Below, piece by piece: positions 1-10,974 of a stretch of 64,000 bases of DNA. The position numbers and the translations under genes are program-made. A model generated the notes under the pieces. The model had not been told where the DNA came from and made no database searches. It saw only the letters and a program-made list of their open reading frames with translations. The stretch spans positions 9,852 to 73,851 of the forward strand of contig CAZNOH010000001.1 in NCBI GenBank assembly GCA_964574655.1, written 5' to 3'. Numbering within the stretch: position 1 is the stretch's first letter; each line of letters starts with the position of its first letter. Source of the DNA: an uncultured Candidatus Saccharibacteria bacterium. GTDB taxonomy: Bacteria > Patescibacteriota > JABMPQ01 > JAQVVF01.

Positions 1-1
1 C

Positions 2-1684
2 AGAGTTGCTGGCGAGCCTTCAATGGAAGCAGCTGGTAGAATTGATTATATGGATGTTTCTCCAAAACAAATCGTATCAATTACGACTGCATTGATTCCA
101 TTCTTGGAACATGATGATGCGAATCGTGCTTTGATGGGTTCAAATATGCAACGTCAAGCAGTGCCATGTATTAATCCAGATTCTCCGATTGTTGGAACAG
201 GTTGTGAAGAAAGAGCAGCTAAGGATTCTGGCGTAGCTATTGTATGTAAAAAAGATGGAGAGATTATTGAGGTGTCAGGAAAAAGAATAAAAGTATTGGA
301 AGTTAACAAAAATATTAGAGAATATAAATTATTGAATTTCTTAAGATCGAATACTTCAACTTGTATTGATCAAAGGCCGATTGTATCTGTTGGTGAAAAA
401 GTAAAAAAAGGACAAATTATTGCTGATGGATCTTCGACTGATAACGGCGAATTAGCTTTAGGTAAAAATGTTGTAGTCGCATTTATGGCTTGGCAAGGTG
501 GTAACTTTGAAGATGCTATGTTGATTTCTGATAGATTGGTTAGAGAAGATGTTTATAGCTCAATTCACATTGAGGATTTTTCTATTGATGTTCGTGATAC
601 AAAATTAGGTCCAGAAGTAGTGACTCGCGATATTCCAAACGTTGGCGAGGAAAAATTAAAAGATTTGGATGAAGAAGGCGTTGTCAGAGTTGGAGCTCAA
701 GTTACATCCGGAGATATTTTGGTAGGAAAGATTACACCAAAAGGCGAGACTGAATTGACTGCTGAAGAAAGATTGCTTCGAGCGATTTTTGGTGAGAAAG
801 CAAGAGATGTAAAAGATACTTCTTTGTATTTGCAACATGGTGAACATGGAAAAGTTGTAGATGTCAAAATATTTTCAAGAGAAAAAGGTGATAAATTACC
901 AACTGGAGTAATAAAGACGATTCAAGCTTCTGTTGCTCAATTACGCAAAATTCAAGTTGGCGATAAATTAGCTGGTCGCCATGGTAATAAAGGTGTTATC
1001 TCAAAAATCGTTCCGCAGGAAGATATGCCTTATTTACCAGACGGAAGAACAGTTGATGTGATTTTGAATCCATTAGGCGTGCCATCTCGTATGAATCAAG
1101 GTCAGGTCTTGGAAGTTCATTTGGGTTGGGCTGCAAAACAGTTAGGCTATAAAGTTGCAACTCCAGTATTAGATGGTGTAAAAGAAGAAACAATCAAATC
1201 TGAATTAAAGAGAGCAAATTTACCAGAAAATGGCAAGGTTCAATTATATGATGGAAGAACTGGTAATGCATTTAGTGAAAAAACAACGGTTGGTGTTATG
1301 TATATTTTGAAACTTTATCATTTAGTTGAAGACAAGATCCATCAAAGGTCAATTGGCCCTTACTCTTTGGTTACTCAACAGCCTTTGGGTGGTAAAGCTC
1401 AATTCGGTGGACAAAGATTTGGTGAAATGGAAGTATGGGCGGTTGAAGCTTATGGCGCTGCTCATGTTTTGCAGGAATTGTTAACAATCAAATCTGATGA
1501 TGTTATTGGACGTTCTAAAACATACGAGGCGATTATTAAGGGTGAGCCAATAAGACAGCCAAATGTTCCAGAGTCATTCAATGTTTTGGTTAAAGAATTA
1601 AAAAGTTTAGCTTTGAATGTTGAGATTCTAGATGTATCTGGAAATATTCTGAAAACTGAAGAAAAGAAATTTGATCGCAAATAG
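2..1684 (+). CDS. rpoB: RNA polymerase beta subunit, 3' part (runs off window start)
   Basis: Motifs [44 protein letters not shown]; followed by rpoC. Confidence 0.99.
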   Translation, partial: RVAGEPSMEAAGRIDYMDVSPKQIVSITTALIPFLEHDDANRALMGSNMQRQAVPCINPDSPIVGTGCEERAAKDSGVAIVCKKDGEIIEVSGKRIKVLEVNKNIREYKLLNFLRSNTSTCIDQRPIVSVGEKVKKGQIIADGSSTDNGELALGKNVVVAFMAWQGGNFEDAMLISDRLVREDVYSSIHIEDFSIDVRDTKLGPEVVTRDIPNVGEEKLKDLDEEGVVRVGAQVTSGDILVGKITPKGETELTAEERLLRAIFGEKARDVKDTSLYLQHGEHGKVVDVKIFSREKGDKLPTGVIKTIQASVAQLRKIQVGDKLAGRHGNKGVISKIVPQEDMPYLPDGRTVDVILNPLGVPSRMNQGQVLEVHLGWAAKQLGYKVATPVLDGVKEETIKSELKRANLPENGKVQLYDGRTGNAFSEKTTVGVMYILKLYHLVEDKIHQRSIGPYSLVTQQPLGGKAQFGGQRFGEMEVWAVEAYGAAHVLQELLTIKSDDVIGRSKTYEAIIKGEPIRQPNVPESFNVLVKELKSLALNVEILDVSGNILKTEEKKFDRK

Positions 1685-1830
1685 ACGAATATTCGGATAT
1701 TAAGATATTACGGATATTGCGAGTTAAATAAGTTAGACTGGTTAGATTGGTTAACTAATTGTTCTATTGCTAAATTGTTAACGTCTAACTAGTCGCTAGT
1801 TACTAATTACAAATTTACTAATATAAATCA

Positions 1831-4800
1831 ATGGCAAATATAACGACTGATTTTAATGCGATAAGATTAAAATTGGCATCTCCAGACGAGATTCTAGACT
1901 GGTCTTTTGGAGAAGTAAAAAAGCCAGAAACAATCAATTATCGTACTCAGCGTCCGGAAAAAGATGGTCTTTTTTCGGAAAGAATTTTTGGTCCAACAAA
2001 AGATTGGGAATGTTATTGCGGAAAATATAAAAGAATTAGATATAAGGGAATCATTTGTGATAAATGCGGTGTTGAAGTTACTAGATCAATTGTTAGACGT
2101 GAAAGAATGGGTCACATTGAATTAGCAGCACCAGTTTCTCACATTTGGTTTCTTAGAGGTGTCCCATCAAAAGTTGGATTGATTTTAGATTTGTCTGCAA
2201 AAAGTTTGGAAAAAGTCGTTTATTTTGCCAGTTATTTAATAACTTCTGTTGACGAAAAAGCAAAGCTAGAAACTTTGAGTGAATTGGAAGATGAATTTAA
2301 ATCAAAGAAGAAAGCAATTGATGATAAATATAAAAATTTAGCTTCTGAATTAAAACAATTGAGAGTCAGACAAAAGTCCGAAAAAGGAAATTCTGCTGAT
2401 GCAGAAAAAAGATTAAAAGTTTTATATTCTGAAAAAGAAAAAGAGCAACAAAAGTTGAATAAGATTTTTAATTTTGAAAAAGAAGAAGTTAAAGACATTA
2501 AAGAATTGAGTATTATTTCGGAATTAAAGTATAGAGACTTGTCTATGAAATATGGACATGTCTTTAAAGCTGGAATTGGAGCTGAAGCAGTTAGAAAAGT
2601 TTTAGTTGAAATTAATTTGGAAAAATTAGTAGCTATTTTAGAAAAAGAATCAACTAATGCTCCAGCCCAAATCAAAAAGAAAATTAAGAGAAGACTAAAA
2701 TTAGTTAAAAATTTGATTAAGGTTGGAATCAGGCCTGAATATACAATTTTGACTGTTTTGCCAGTTATTCCTCCTGATCTTCGTCCGATGGTTCAATTAG
2801 ATGGTGGTAGATATGCAGCTTCTGATTTAAATGATTTATATAGAAGAGTTATCAATAGAAACAATCGTTTAAAAAGATTGATTGAGCTTAATGCGCCAGA
2901 AGTTATTTGTCGAAATGAAAAAAGAATGTTGCAAGAAGCAGTTGATGCATTGTTAGATAATTCTGCAAGATCTGGAAAAGTAACAGCTGCTTCAACTGGT
3001 CAAAAGAGATTATTAAAATCTTTAGCTGATATGTTGAAAGGCAAGCAAGGACGTTTTAGACAGAATCTTTTAGGCAAGCGTGTTGATTATTCTGGACGTT
3101 CAGTAATTGTCGTTGGACCATATTTGAAATTAGGTGAATGTGGTATTCCAAAAATAATGGCATTGGAATTGTTCAAGCCATTTGTTATTCATAGTTTGAT
3201 TAAAAATGAGTTTGCTCATAATGTTAGATCAGCTGGAAAGTTGATTGAAGAAGGCAGACCAGAAGTTTGGGATGCATTGGAAGATATTATTAAAGAAAAA
3301 TACGTTTTGTTAAATCGTGCTCCGACTTTGCATAGATTAGGTATCCAAGCTTTTAAGCCAATTTTGATTGAAGGCAAGGCATTGCAGATTCATCCAATGG
3401 TTTGTTCTGCTTTTAATGCTGACTTCGATGGTGATCAGATGGCTGTTCATGTGCCTTTGACAGATATGGCTCAAAAAGAAGCTAGAGAAATTATGGCTGC
3501 TACTCGTAATTTGTTAAAGCCAGCGACTGGTGTTCCAATTTCTACTCCTTCTCAAGATATTGTTTTGGGTTGTTATTATATTACTAACATGCGAGCTGGT
3601 ATGAAAGGAGAGGGCAAGATTTTCTCTGATTCTGAAGAAGCAATTTTGGCTTATGAAAATGACTTGGTTGATATCAGAGCAAAAATAAAAGTAAGAGTTA
3701 ATGAAGAAATAATTGAAACTTGTGTTGGTAGGATTGTTTTTAATAGAGTTTTACCAAAGGATTTTGGTTTTAGAAATAATGTTATTGATAAAAAAGCATC
3801 ACGTGAATTAATTGGTGAATGTTTGCATAAACATGGTAATGAGGAAACAGTAAAATTAGTTGATGCGATTAAAGAAATCGGCTTTGAATATTTGACTAGA
3901 TCCGGACTTTCTTGGGGCATGGATGATTTGAAATTACCGAAAGAAAAAAAGGGAATGATTGATGAAGCTGCAAAGAAAATTGAAGAAATTAGACAACAAT
4001 ACAAGACTGGACTTTTGACTGACAATGAACGCTATGTCAAAGTTATTGAAACTTGGGCTAATGTAAAAGAAAAAATTACAGAAGTAACAAGAAATACAGT
4101 TGAAGAGTTTGGTCCAGTTTATTCAATGGTTGAGTCTGGTGCTAGAGGTTCATGGCCACAAATTGTACAGATGATGGGTATGAGAGGTTTGATGGCAGCT
4201 CCTTCTGGAAAGACTATTGAGTTGCCAATCAAAAATAGTTTTAAAGAAGGTTTAGGTGTTTTGGAATATTTTATCTCTACTCACGGTGCTAGAAAAGGTT
4301 TAACTGATACAGCCTTGCGTACAGCTAATGCTGGTTATTTGACTCGTAGATTGATTGATGTATCTCAAGACGTTATTGTTCAGGCAGAAGAATGTAGCGA
4401 AACTAAAGGTCTGGAAATTAGCAAAAAAGATAGTCTTGATATGAACACAACAATTGGTGATAGAATCTTAGGAAGAACATTGGCACAAGACATTAAAGAT
4501 AAGGCTGGAAAAGTTGTTATCAAAAAAGGTGAAATCGTTACAAAAATATATGGAAAATTGATTGATAGTTTAGATTTAGATGGAGTTAGAATTTTTTCAA
4601 TAACTACTTGCAAGATGGAAAGAGGAATCTGTCAAAAATGTTATGGTTGGGATTTGGGTGTAAATGATAAGGTAAAAATTGGACAAGCTGTTGGTATTAT
4701 TGCTGCTCAATCGATTGGTGAGCCTGGAACACAGTTGACGATGAGAACCTTCCATACTGGTGGTGTTGCAAGTGAAGGCGATATTACTCAAGGTTTGCCT

Positions 4801-5655
4801 AGAGTTGAAGAATTATTCGAAGCTCGAGGAATCAAAAAACCAGCAGTATTTGCAGAAAATGATGGCATTGCATCAATTGAGGAAGGAAAAGATAGTAAGA
4901 TTTTGAGAATAGTTGCTTCAAATGTTAGCAAGGATTTATATCAATTTGAGGCAAATGACAAGCTTGTTATTTCAGATGGAACTGATGTTGAAAAAGGAAG
5001 CGTCTTAATTAAGACGGAAAAAGGCAAGGATATAAAAGCAAAAGCTTCTGGCTTTGTGAAAATTGAAGGACAGAATTTGATAATTGTTAAAGAAGGCGAT
5101 GTTGAAAAAGAATATATTTTGCCAGGCAATACTGTTTTCTTGGTCAAAAATAAAGATTTGGTTAGTAGCGGACAGCAATTGACAGAAGGCACGTTGGATT
5201 TACAACATTTGTTTAAATCCTGTGGACGCGTAGCTGTTCAAAAATATATTTTGAAAGAAGTACAATATATTTATTCAAGCCAAGGTCAAGATGTAGATGA
5301 TAAGCACGTTGAATTGATTATCAGACAGATGTTGAATTGGGTTAGAATTAAAAAATCTGGCAAAAGTAATTTTATTACTGGCGATGTTGTGACTAGAGTT
5401 AAATTCTTGGCGGTACAAGAGAAATTAAAAAAAGAAGGAAAAGAATTTCCAGAAGCTGAAGAATTGTTACTTGGTATTACGAAATCTTCATTATCAACTG
5501 ATAGTTTCTTATCTGCTGCTTCCTTTCAGGAAACTGCAAGAGTATTGATAGATGCTTCTATTACTGGCAAGGTTGATGAATTGAAAGGTCTGAAAGAAAA
5601 TGTAATTCTTGGTAAGTTAATTCCAGCTGGAACTGGATATAAGAGGAAGGTATAA
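1831..5655 (+). CDS. rpoC: RNA polymerase beta' subunit
   Basis: NADFDGDQMAVH catalytic motif, N-terminal Zn finger; AT-rich leader with no SD. Confidence 0.99.
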   Translation: MANITTDFNAIRLKLASPDEILDWSFGEVKKPETINYRTQRPEKDGLFSERIFGPTKDWECYCGKYKRIRYKGIICDKCGVEVTRSIVRRERMGHIELAAPVSHIWFLRGVPSKVGLILDLSAKSLEKVVYFASYLITSVDEKAKLETLSELEDEFKSKKKAIDDKYKNLASELKQLRVRQKSEKGNSADAEKRLKVLYSEKEKEQQKLNKIFNFEKEEVKDIKELSIISELKYRDLSMKYGHVFKAGIGAEAVRKVLVEINLEKLVAILEKESTNAPAQIKKKIKRRLKLVKNLIKVGIRPEYTILTVLPVIPPDLRPMVQLDGGRYAASDLNDLYRRVINRNNRLKRLIELNAPEVICRNEKRMLQEAVDALLDNSARSGKVTAASTGQKRLLKSLADMLKGKQGRFRQNLLGKRVDYSGRSVIVVGPYLKLGECGIPKIMALELFKPFVIHSLIKNEFAHNVRSAGKLIEEGRPEVWDALEDIIKEKYVLLNRAPTLHRLGIQAFKPILIEGKALQIHPMVCSAFNADFDGDQMAVHVPLTDMAQKEAREIMAATRNLLKPATGVPISTPSQDIVLGCYYITNMRAGMKGEGKIFSDSEEAILAYENDLVDIRAKIKVRVNEEIIETCVGRIVFNRVLPKDFGFRNNVIDKKASRELIGECLHKHGNEETVKLVDAIKEIGFEYLTRSGLSWGMDDLKLPKEKKGMIDEAAKKIEEIRQQYKTGLLTDNERYVKVIETWANVKEKITEVTRNTVEEFGPVYSMVESGARGSWPQIVQMMGMRGLMAAPSGKTIELPIKNSFKEGLGVLEYFISTHGARKGLTDTALRTANAGYLTRRLIDVSQDVIVQAEECSETKGLEISKKDSLDMNTTIGDRILGRTLAQDIKDKAGKVVIKKGEIVTKIYGKLIDSLDLDGVRIFSITTCKMERGICQKCYGWDLGVNDKVKIGQAVGIIAAQSIGEPGTQLTMRTFHTGGVASEGDITQGLPRVEELFEARGIKKPAVFAENDGIASIEEGKDSKILRIVASNVSKDLYQFEANDKLVISDGTDVEKGSVLIKTEKGKDIKAKASGFVKIEGQNLIIVKEGDVEKEYILPGNTVFLVKNKDLVSSGQQLTEGTLDLQHLFKSCGRVAVQKYILKEVQYIYSSQGQDVDDKHVELIIRQMLNWVRIKKSGKSNFITGDVVTRVKFLAVQEKLKKEGKEFPEAEELLLGITKSSLSTDSFLSAASFQETARVLIDASITGKVDELKGLKENVILGKLIPAGTGYKRKV

Positions 5656-5672
5656 AAGGATTGGAAATATAG

Positions 5673-5703
5673 AAAGAAGGCTTTAAATGGGCCTTCTTTT
5701 TTT
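5673..5703 (+). terminator. Intrinsic terminator after rpoC
   Basis: AAAGAAGGC...GCCTTCTTT stem followed by T-run. Confidence 0.75.
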
Positions 5704-5809
5704 ATTGTTGCAAAGGTTAAATTATAGTATAATTAAAGTATCCTATTTGTTAGGACCTTGTCATTCGATAGGGCAAGAATTTTTATTTGTAAAATAAATA
5801 TAAAATAAG

Positions 5810-8068
5810 ATGGCACAAAGAGGACGTCCGCCAAAGGTAAAAAATTTGGCTTCAACGACAATTTTGAGAGGGCAACAAAAAAGAAGACCTGGGAGACCGC
5901 CAAAATTACGTGGACGAAAAAGAAAAGGTTCGATGGGTTTTTTGTTTAATATTGGCATGCAACCAGAAGTTGTGAGAGGCATAATGCTTGTTGTTTTTTT
6001 TATTGTTGGTCTTTTAAGTCTTTTGGCATTAATTGGTTTGGCAGGAAAAATGGGTGATTTTTTGAGCTTAGGTTTAAGACAAGCTTTTGGCAGGCCTGCT
6101 TATATTTTTCCATTTTTATTAATTGGTTTAGCGATTGCGATATTTAGGTCAGAGAGATTAGAAGATCCTAATTTTAGCAAATATAATTTAGTCGGTGCAG
6201 TCATGCTTTTGGTTGGCTTATGCGGTATTTTTCATGTCAAATATAACGGTGAAGCAGCCTTGAGCGTGATAAAGGATGGAGTTGGCGGTGGATATTTGGG
6301 CTATGCTTTTTCTTATCCAGCACAGCTTTTTATGGGATTTTGGGCAACAGGTGTTATTTTATTAGCGATCTTTATTGTAGGGACAATAATGACTTTTAAT
6401 ATTTCCTTGAAAGATGTTATTGAAAGTTTCAAAAGATTAAGGTTATTGATTCTAAAATTATTACATAAGCAACCAATAGAAGGAGAATTAACAATCAAGG
6501 GAATGAATGAAAGATCTGCTGTACCAGTTGAGGCTGAAAATAATTCTGAATTGCAAGCTAAAGATATGGAAGATGGAAAAGCAAAAAGCGTGTTACGGTC
6601 AAAAAAATGGGGAGATTGGAAACCTTATCCTTTAGAGCTTTTAAATAATCAGAGTACAACGCCAATGGCTGGCGATGTAAAAAATAATGCAAGAGTTATT
6701 CAGCAGACTTTGAAGAGTTTTAATATTAATGTAAAGATGCATGAAGTTAATGTTGGTCCAACAGTTACTCAATATACTTTTAAGCCGACAGAAGGTGTAA
6801 AATTAAGTCAAATCGTAACTTTGAATAATGATTTAGCACTAGCTTTGGCGGCTCATCCAATAAGAATTGAAGCGCCGATTCCTGGTAAATCATTAGTTGG
6901 CGTGGAGGTGCCAAATCAAAAAGTGGCGATTGTTAGATTGCGGGAAATTTTGGAGAGCAAAGAGTTTGCAGATGATAAATCTAATTTGACTATGGTTTTG
7001 GGCAGAAACGTTGCTGGCAGTCCGACAATTTGTGAGCTTGATAAGATGCCTCATCTTTTGATTTCTGGCGCGACTGGTTCTGGCAAGTCAATTTGTCTGA
7101 ACACAATTATTATGAGTTTGTTATATAAAAATTCTCCTGATGATTTGAGATTAATACTGGTTGATCCGAAGAAAGTAGAAATGACTAATTATGCAGATAT
7201 CCCTCATTTGTTGACGCCAGTGATTACAGAAGTTGATAAAACTGTTAATGCATTGCGTTGGACTGTTTCAGAAATGGAAAAGCGTTTTACTCTGTTTGCA
7301 GAATGCAAGAAAAGAGATATTCATTCATACAATGCGTCAGTTGGAAAGGATAGATTGCCTTTCATTGTTGTAGTTATTGATGAGTTGGCGGATCTTATGG
7401 CTGTTGCTTCAAAAGAAGTTGAAGCTGCAATTGTTAGACTTTCGCAAATGGCTAGAGCAACTGGTATTCATTTAGTTTTGGCAACACAAAGACCTTCGGT
7501 TAATGTTATTACTGGTTTAATTAAAGCTAATATTACGGCAAGAATTGCATTCGCAGTTGCTTCACAGATTGATTCTAGAACTATAATTGATTCTGCTGGC
7601 GCGGAAAAATTATTAGGCAATGGTGATATGCTTTTCATTTCTTCGGACTTAGGAAAGCCGAGAAGAATTCAAGGTTCATTTGTGACTGAAAAAGATATTC
7701 ATTCTGTTTGTAAATTCTTAAAAGATAAAGGTCAGCCAGAATATGATGAAGCAATCGTTCAAAGACAGCAGATGATGGCGTCAAACGGGATAATAGCTAA
7801 TGGCGAGGTTGATGATGAATTGTATGAAGAAGCCAAAGAGACAGTGATGATGTCTGGAAAAGCATCAGCGTCGTTATTACAAAGAAGATTAAGAGTTGGT
7901 TATGCAAGAGCTGCTCGGCTTTTGGATATTTTGGAAGAAAGAGGAATTGTTGGACCGGCAAACGGAGCAAAGCCAAGAGATATTTTGGTAGTGCCAAGTG
8001 ATAATATGATGGGGTTGCCGAGCAAGGAAGATTTAGCCAACAAGCAATTTAATAATAATCAGTTATGA
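5810..8068 (+). CDS. ftsK: DNA translocase FtsK/SpoIIIE
   Basis: N-terminal TM segments, GATGSGKS Walker A, LATQRPSV, gamma domain SLLQRRLRVGYARAARL. Confidence 0.97.
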   Translation: MAQRGRPPKVKNLASTTILRGQQKRRPGRPPKLRGRKRKGSMGFLFNIGMQPEVVRGIMLVVFFIVGLLSLLALIGLAGKMGDFLSLGLRQAFGRPAYIFPFLLIGLAIAIFRSERLEDPNFSKYNLVGAVMLLVGLCGIFHVKYNGEAALSVIKDGVGGGYLGYAFSYPAQLFMGFWATGVILLAIFIVGTIMTFNISLKDVIESFKRLRLLILKLLHKQPIEGELTIKGMNERSAVPVEAENNSELQAKDMEDGKAKSVLRSKKWGDWKPYPLELLNNQSTTPMAGDVKNNARVIQQTLKSFNINVKMHEVNVGPTVTQYTFKPTEGVKLSQIVTLNNDLALALAAHPIRIEAPIPGKSLVGVEVPNQKVAIVRLREILESKEFADDKSNLTMVLGRNVAGSPTICELDKMPHLLISGATGSGKSICLNTIIMSLLYKNSPDDLRLILVDPKKVEMTNYADIPHLLTPVITEVDKTVNALRWTVSEMEKRFTLFAECKKRDIHSYNASVGKDRLPFIVVVIDELADLMAVASKEVEAAIVRLSQMARATGIHLVLATQRPSVNVITGLIKANITARIAFAVASQIDSRTIIDSAGAEKLLGNGDMLFISSDLGKPRRIQGSFVTEKDIHSVCKFLKDKGQPEYDEAIVQRQQMMASNGIIANGEVDDELYEEAKETVMMSGKASASLLQRRLRVGYARAARLLDILEERGIVGPANGAKPRDILVVPSDNMMGLPSKEDLANKQFNNNQL

Positions 8069-9105
8069 AATTAGGTGAAGGTTTTACCACTCATCGCCTA
8101 AAGACGGCAGAGACTTTGGGTGAAAGATTGCAGAACGCAAGAGAAGAGGCTAATTTGACATTAAAGGAAATATCACAAAGTATAAGAGTTCGAGAAACAT
8201 ACATTAGATATTTGGAGGAAGGCAGATATAGTGAATTACCGGCTGATGTTTATGTCAGAGGTTTTTTGAGGAGTTATTGTAATTATGTTGGGACTGATTT
8301 TCAAGGATCATTAGATATATATAAAAATGAAAGAGGTATTCAGGAAAATATTAAGAAATCAAAGGAGCCGATTCCTTTGTCATCGTATAAATCTAATTCG
8401 TTTGTGATTACGCCGAGATTGATAAAAATTTGTTTAACAGTTTTGGCTGTTTTTGTGGTATTTTTATATATTTGGTTTCAGTTAAGTGGATTATCAAAAC
8501 CGCCAGTATTAACTATTCTGGATCCATCAGAAGATAAGACAATTAATGATGATGTAATTGTGCTGGTTGGCGAGACTGATTTAGAAGCAGAAGTAAAAAT
8601 TAATGATCAATCAATTCAGGTTGATGGCAGTGGAAAATTTAAAGAAACTATTGCTTTGCAGGACGGATTGAATGTTTTAAATATTGTTGCCAATAATAAA
8701 TTTGGCAAGAGTACTGAAGTGAAAAGAAATATCATGGTTGAGTTGACTGGCGATTTAGAAAGACAAAAAGAAAATGAAAAGTTGGCTTTGAAGGGTGAAT
8801 ATAAAAAAGAAGTAGTGGCAGTGGATAAAAATGTAAAAGATAAAAATGTAAAAGTAACTATAAAGCCGGAATTTGAGTTGGTAGTGACAGTTTTAGATAA
8901 AGTAGCGTGGATACAAGTAAAGGCTGATGATCGGTTGATTTATTCTGGCATGATGTTGCCAGATGCATCACAGACATTTAAGGCAAAAGAAAAATTTCTC
9001 GTGTCTTCAGGAAAAGCAGACAAGACAAAAGTTGTTTTGAATGGCAAGGATTTGGGTTTTCTTGGGAAAGAAGGAGAAGTTGTGAGGGATAAAGAAATAA
9101 AATAA
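8065..9105 (+). CDS. RodZ-like protein (HTH, TM, Ig-like and C-terminal domain)
   Basis: N-terminal HTH with LEEG...YVRGFLRSY, one TM helix; ATGA overlap with ftsK. Confidence 0.8.
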   Translation: MKLGEGFTTHRLKTAETLGERLQNAREEANLTLKEISQSIRVRETYIRYLEEGRYSELPADVYVRGFLRSYCNYVGTDFQGSLDIYKNERGIQENIKKSKEPIPLSSYKSNSFVITPRLIKICLTVLAVFVVFLYIWFQLSGLSKPPVLTILDPSEDKTINDDVIVLVGETDLEAEVKINDQSIQVDGSGKFKETIALQDGLNVLNIVANNKFGKSTEVKRNIMVELTGDLERQKENEKLALKGEYKKEVVAVDKNVKDKNVKVTIKPEFELVVTVLDKVAWIQVKADDRLIYSGMMLPDASQTFKAKEKFLVSSGKADKTKVVLNGKDLGFLGKEGEVVRDKEIK

Positions 9106-9245
9106 TCGCTAATCATTTGCGAATATATGCGAATAGTTTGCTAATAAAGTAAAAAAGTATGACAGAAAAGTAATTTTTATTTGCAAATTATTAGCAAATA
9201 TTTGCAAACTATTAGCGAGAGTTTAAAAAAAGTAATTTAAAAAAT

Positions 9246-10268
9246 ATGGCTAAAGACACAAAAAAAGAGATGATGGAGGGAAAGAACAAGGCTGTTGAAT
9301 CAGCGATTGATCAGATCAAAGATCGTTTTGGCGAGGGAGCTATTATGAAGCTTGGAGAAGTGAAGACAATGGAAATTGATGCAATTACAACTGGATCAAT
9401 TTCTTTAGATATTGCTTTAGGTATTGGCGGAGTGCCAAGAGGCAGAGTCATTGAAATATTCGGCATGGAGAGTTCAGGTAAGACAACGTTGGCCCAGCAT
9501 ATTATTGCGAGCGTTCAAAGAAAAGGCGGATTGGCTGCTTTTATTGATGCTGAACATGCTTTGGATCCTGATTATGCAAAAGTAATTGGCATTGATATCA
9601 ATGATATGTTGATTTCTCAGCCAGAAACAGGCGAGCAGGCATTAGAAATTGTAGAGACATTAGTCAGATCAAATGCAGTTGATGTAATTGTGATTGATTC
9701 TGTGGCAGCTTTGACGCCGCGCGCAGAAATTGAAGGCGATATGGGTGATTCTCATATGGGTTTGCATGCAAGATTAATGTCGCAGGCTTTGCGAAAATTA
9801 ACTGCAGCTATTTCTAGTTCAAAAACAACTGTTATATTTTTGAATCAAATAAGAATGAAAATTGGCGTGGTGTTTGGTAATCCAGAAGAGACAACAGGTG
9901 GCAAGGCTTTGAAATTTTATTCTTCTGTCAGAATTGAATTAAGGCGCGCTGCTCAAATTAAAATGGGCGATAAAATTATTGGAAATCGTGTTAAAGTCAA
10001 AGTTGTCAAAAATAAAGTTGCACCGCCGTTTCAGACAACAGAATTTGATATTATGTATAATGAAGGAATTTCCAGAGTTGGCGATTTGTTAGATACTGGT
10101 GTTGTTTATAAAGTTTTGGGCAAATCTGGATCTTGGTATACTTTTGGCGATTCTCAGATGGGTCAGGGCAGAGAAGCTTCCAAGCAATATTTGAGAGATA
10201 ATCCAAAAGTTGCAAATACAATTGAAAAGAAAATTTGGGAAATCGTGGAGGCGGGGAAGGTGGATTAG
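9246..10268 (+). CDS. recA: Recombinase A
   Basis: [29 protein letters not shown]. Confidence 0.99.
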   Translation: MAKDTKKEMMEGKNKAVESAIDQIKDRFGEGAIMKLGEVKTMEIDAITTGSISLDIALGIGGVPRGRVIEIFGMESSGKTTLAQHIIASVQRKGGLAAFIDAEHALDPDYAKVIGIDINDMLISQPETGEQALEIVETLVRSNAVDVIVIDSVAALTPRAEIEGDMGDSHMGLHARLMSQALRKLTAAISSSKTTVIFLNQIRMKIGVVFGNPEETTGGKALKFYSSVRIELRRAAQIKMGDKIIGNRVKVKVVKNKVAPPFQTTEFDIMYNEGISRVGDLLDTGVVYKVLGKSGSWYTFGDSQMGQGREASKQYLRDNPKVANTIEKKIWEIVEAGKVD

Positions 10269-10303
10269 TACGAAAGTTTATAAAGTTTTTAAAGTTATAA
10301 AGT

Positions 10304-10331
10304 AAAAACGAGCTTTAATGCTCGTTTTTTT
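10304..10331. terminator. Bidirectional intrinsic terminator between recA and efp
   Basis: AAAAACGAGC-loop-GCTCGTTTTT between convergent genes. Confidence 0.8.
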
Positions 10332-10352
10332 ATGTTTAATTATTTTATAACG

Positions 10353-10910
10353 TTAGACTCTTTCTAAATATTCTCCTGTTCTACTGTCTATTGTAACAGA
10401 ATCTCCTTCTTTAACAAAAGGTGGGACTTGAATTTTTTTGCCAGTTTCAAGAGTAGCTTCTTTCATAGTATTGGTTGCAGAATTTCCTTTTACACCTGGC
10501 GCTGTTTCAACAATTTTGAAATCCATTTTGATTGGCAGTTCAATATTGATTGGATCATTATTGTAATAAACAATTTTGACTGTGCCATTTTCTAAAAGTA
10601 AATTTGTTTTGTTGTTTAGAATGTCTTTTGATAAAGAGAATTGCTCGTAGGTTTCGCCATCCATAAAATTATAATTTCCATTGTTTTCATACATATATTG
10701 AGCATCTTTCTTGATGACATCAGACTCTTTTAGGCGGTCACTTTGTTGAAAGGAATGTTCTACTATTTTTCCGGAAATCAAATTTTTTAATTTGGTGAAC
10801 ATCACTGGTCGTCTTTGAGCGTTTTTAACAAATTCTTTTGATAAAACTTCATAAGGATGGTCTTCGTAATCAATAATTGAGCCAATCTTTAGGTCGTTCA
10901 TAGATAGCAT
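10353..10910 (-). CDS. efp: Elongation factor P
   Basis: PGVKGNSA...KEATLETG...VPPFV..GD...IDSRTGEYLER. Confidence 0.95.
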   Translation of the reverse strand: MLSMNDLKIGSIIDYEDHPYEVLSKEFVKNAQRRPVMFTKLKNLISGKIVEHSFQQSDRLKESDVIKKDAQYMYENNGNYNFMDGETYEQFSLSKDILNNKTNLLLENGTVKIVYYNNDPINIELPIKMDFKIVETAPGVKGNSATNTMKEATLETGKKIQVPPFVKEGDSVTIDSRTGEYLERV

Positions 10911-10974
10911 CGTTTTTTAAGTTAAAAGTAAAAATTTAAAAGTAAAAAGCTGCAAGTAAAAAGTAAAAAAATTA

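Noticed and set aside
9106-9218. LexA/SOS box upstream of recA
   Set aside because: The inverted repeat belongs to a dispersed repeat also found downstream of polX (52790); no recognisable SOS consensus
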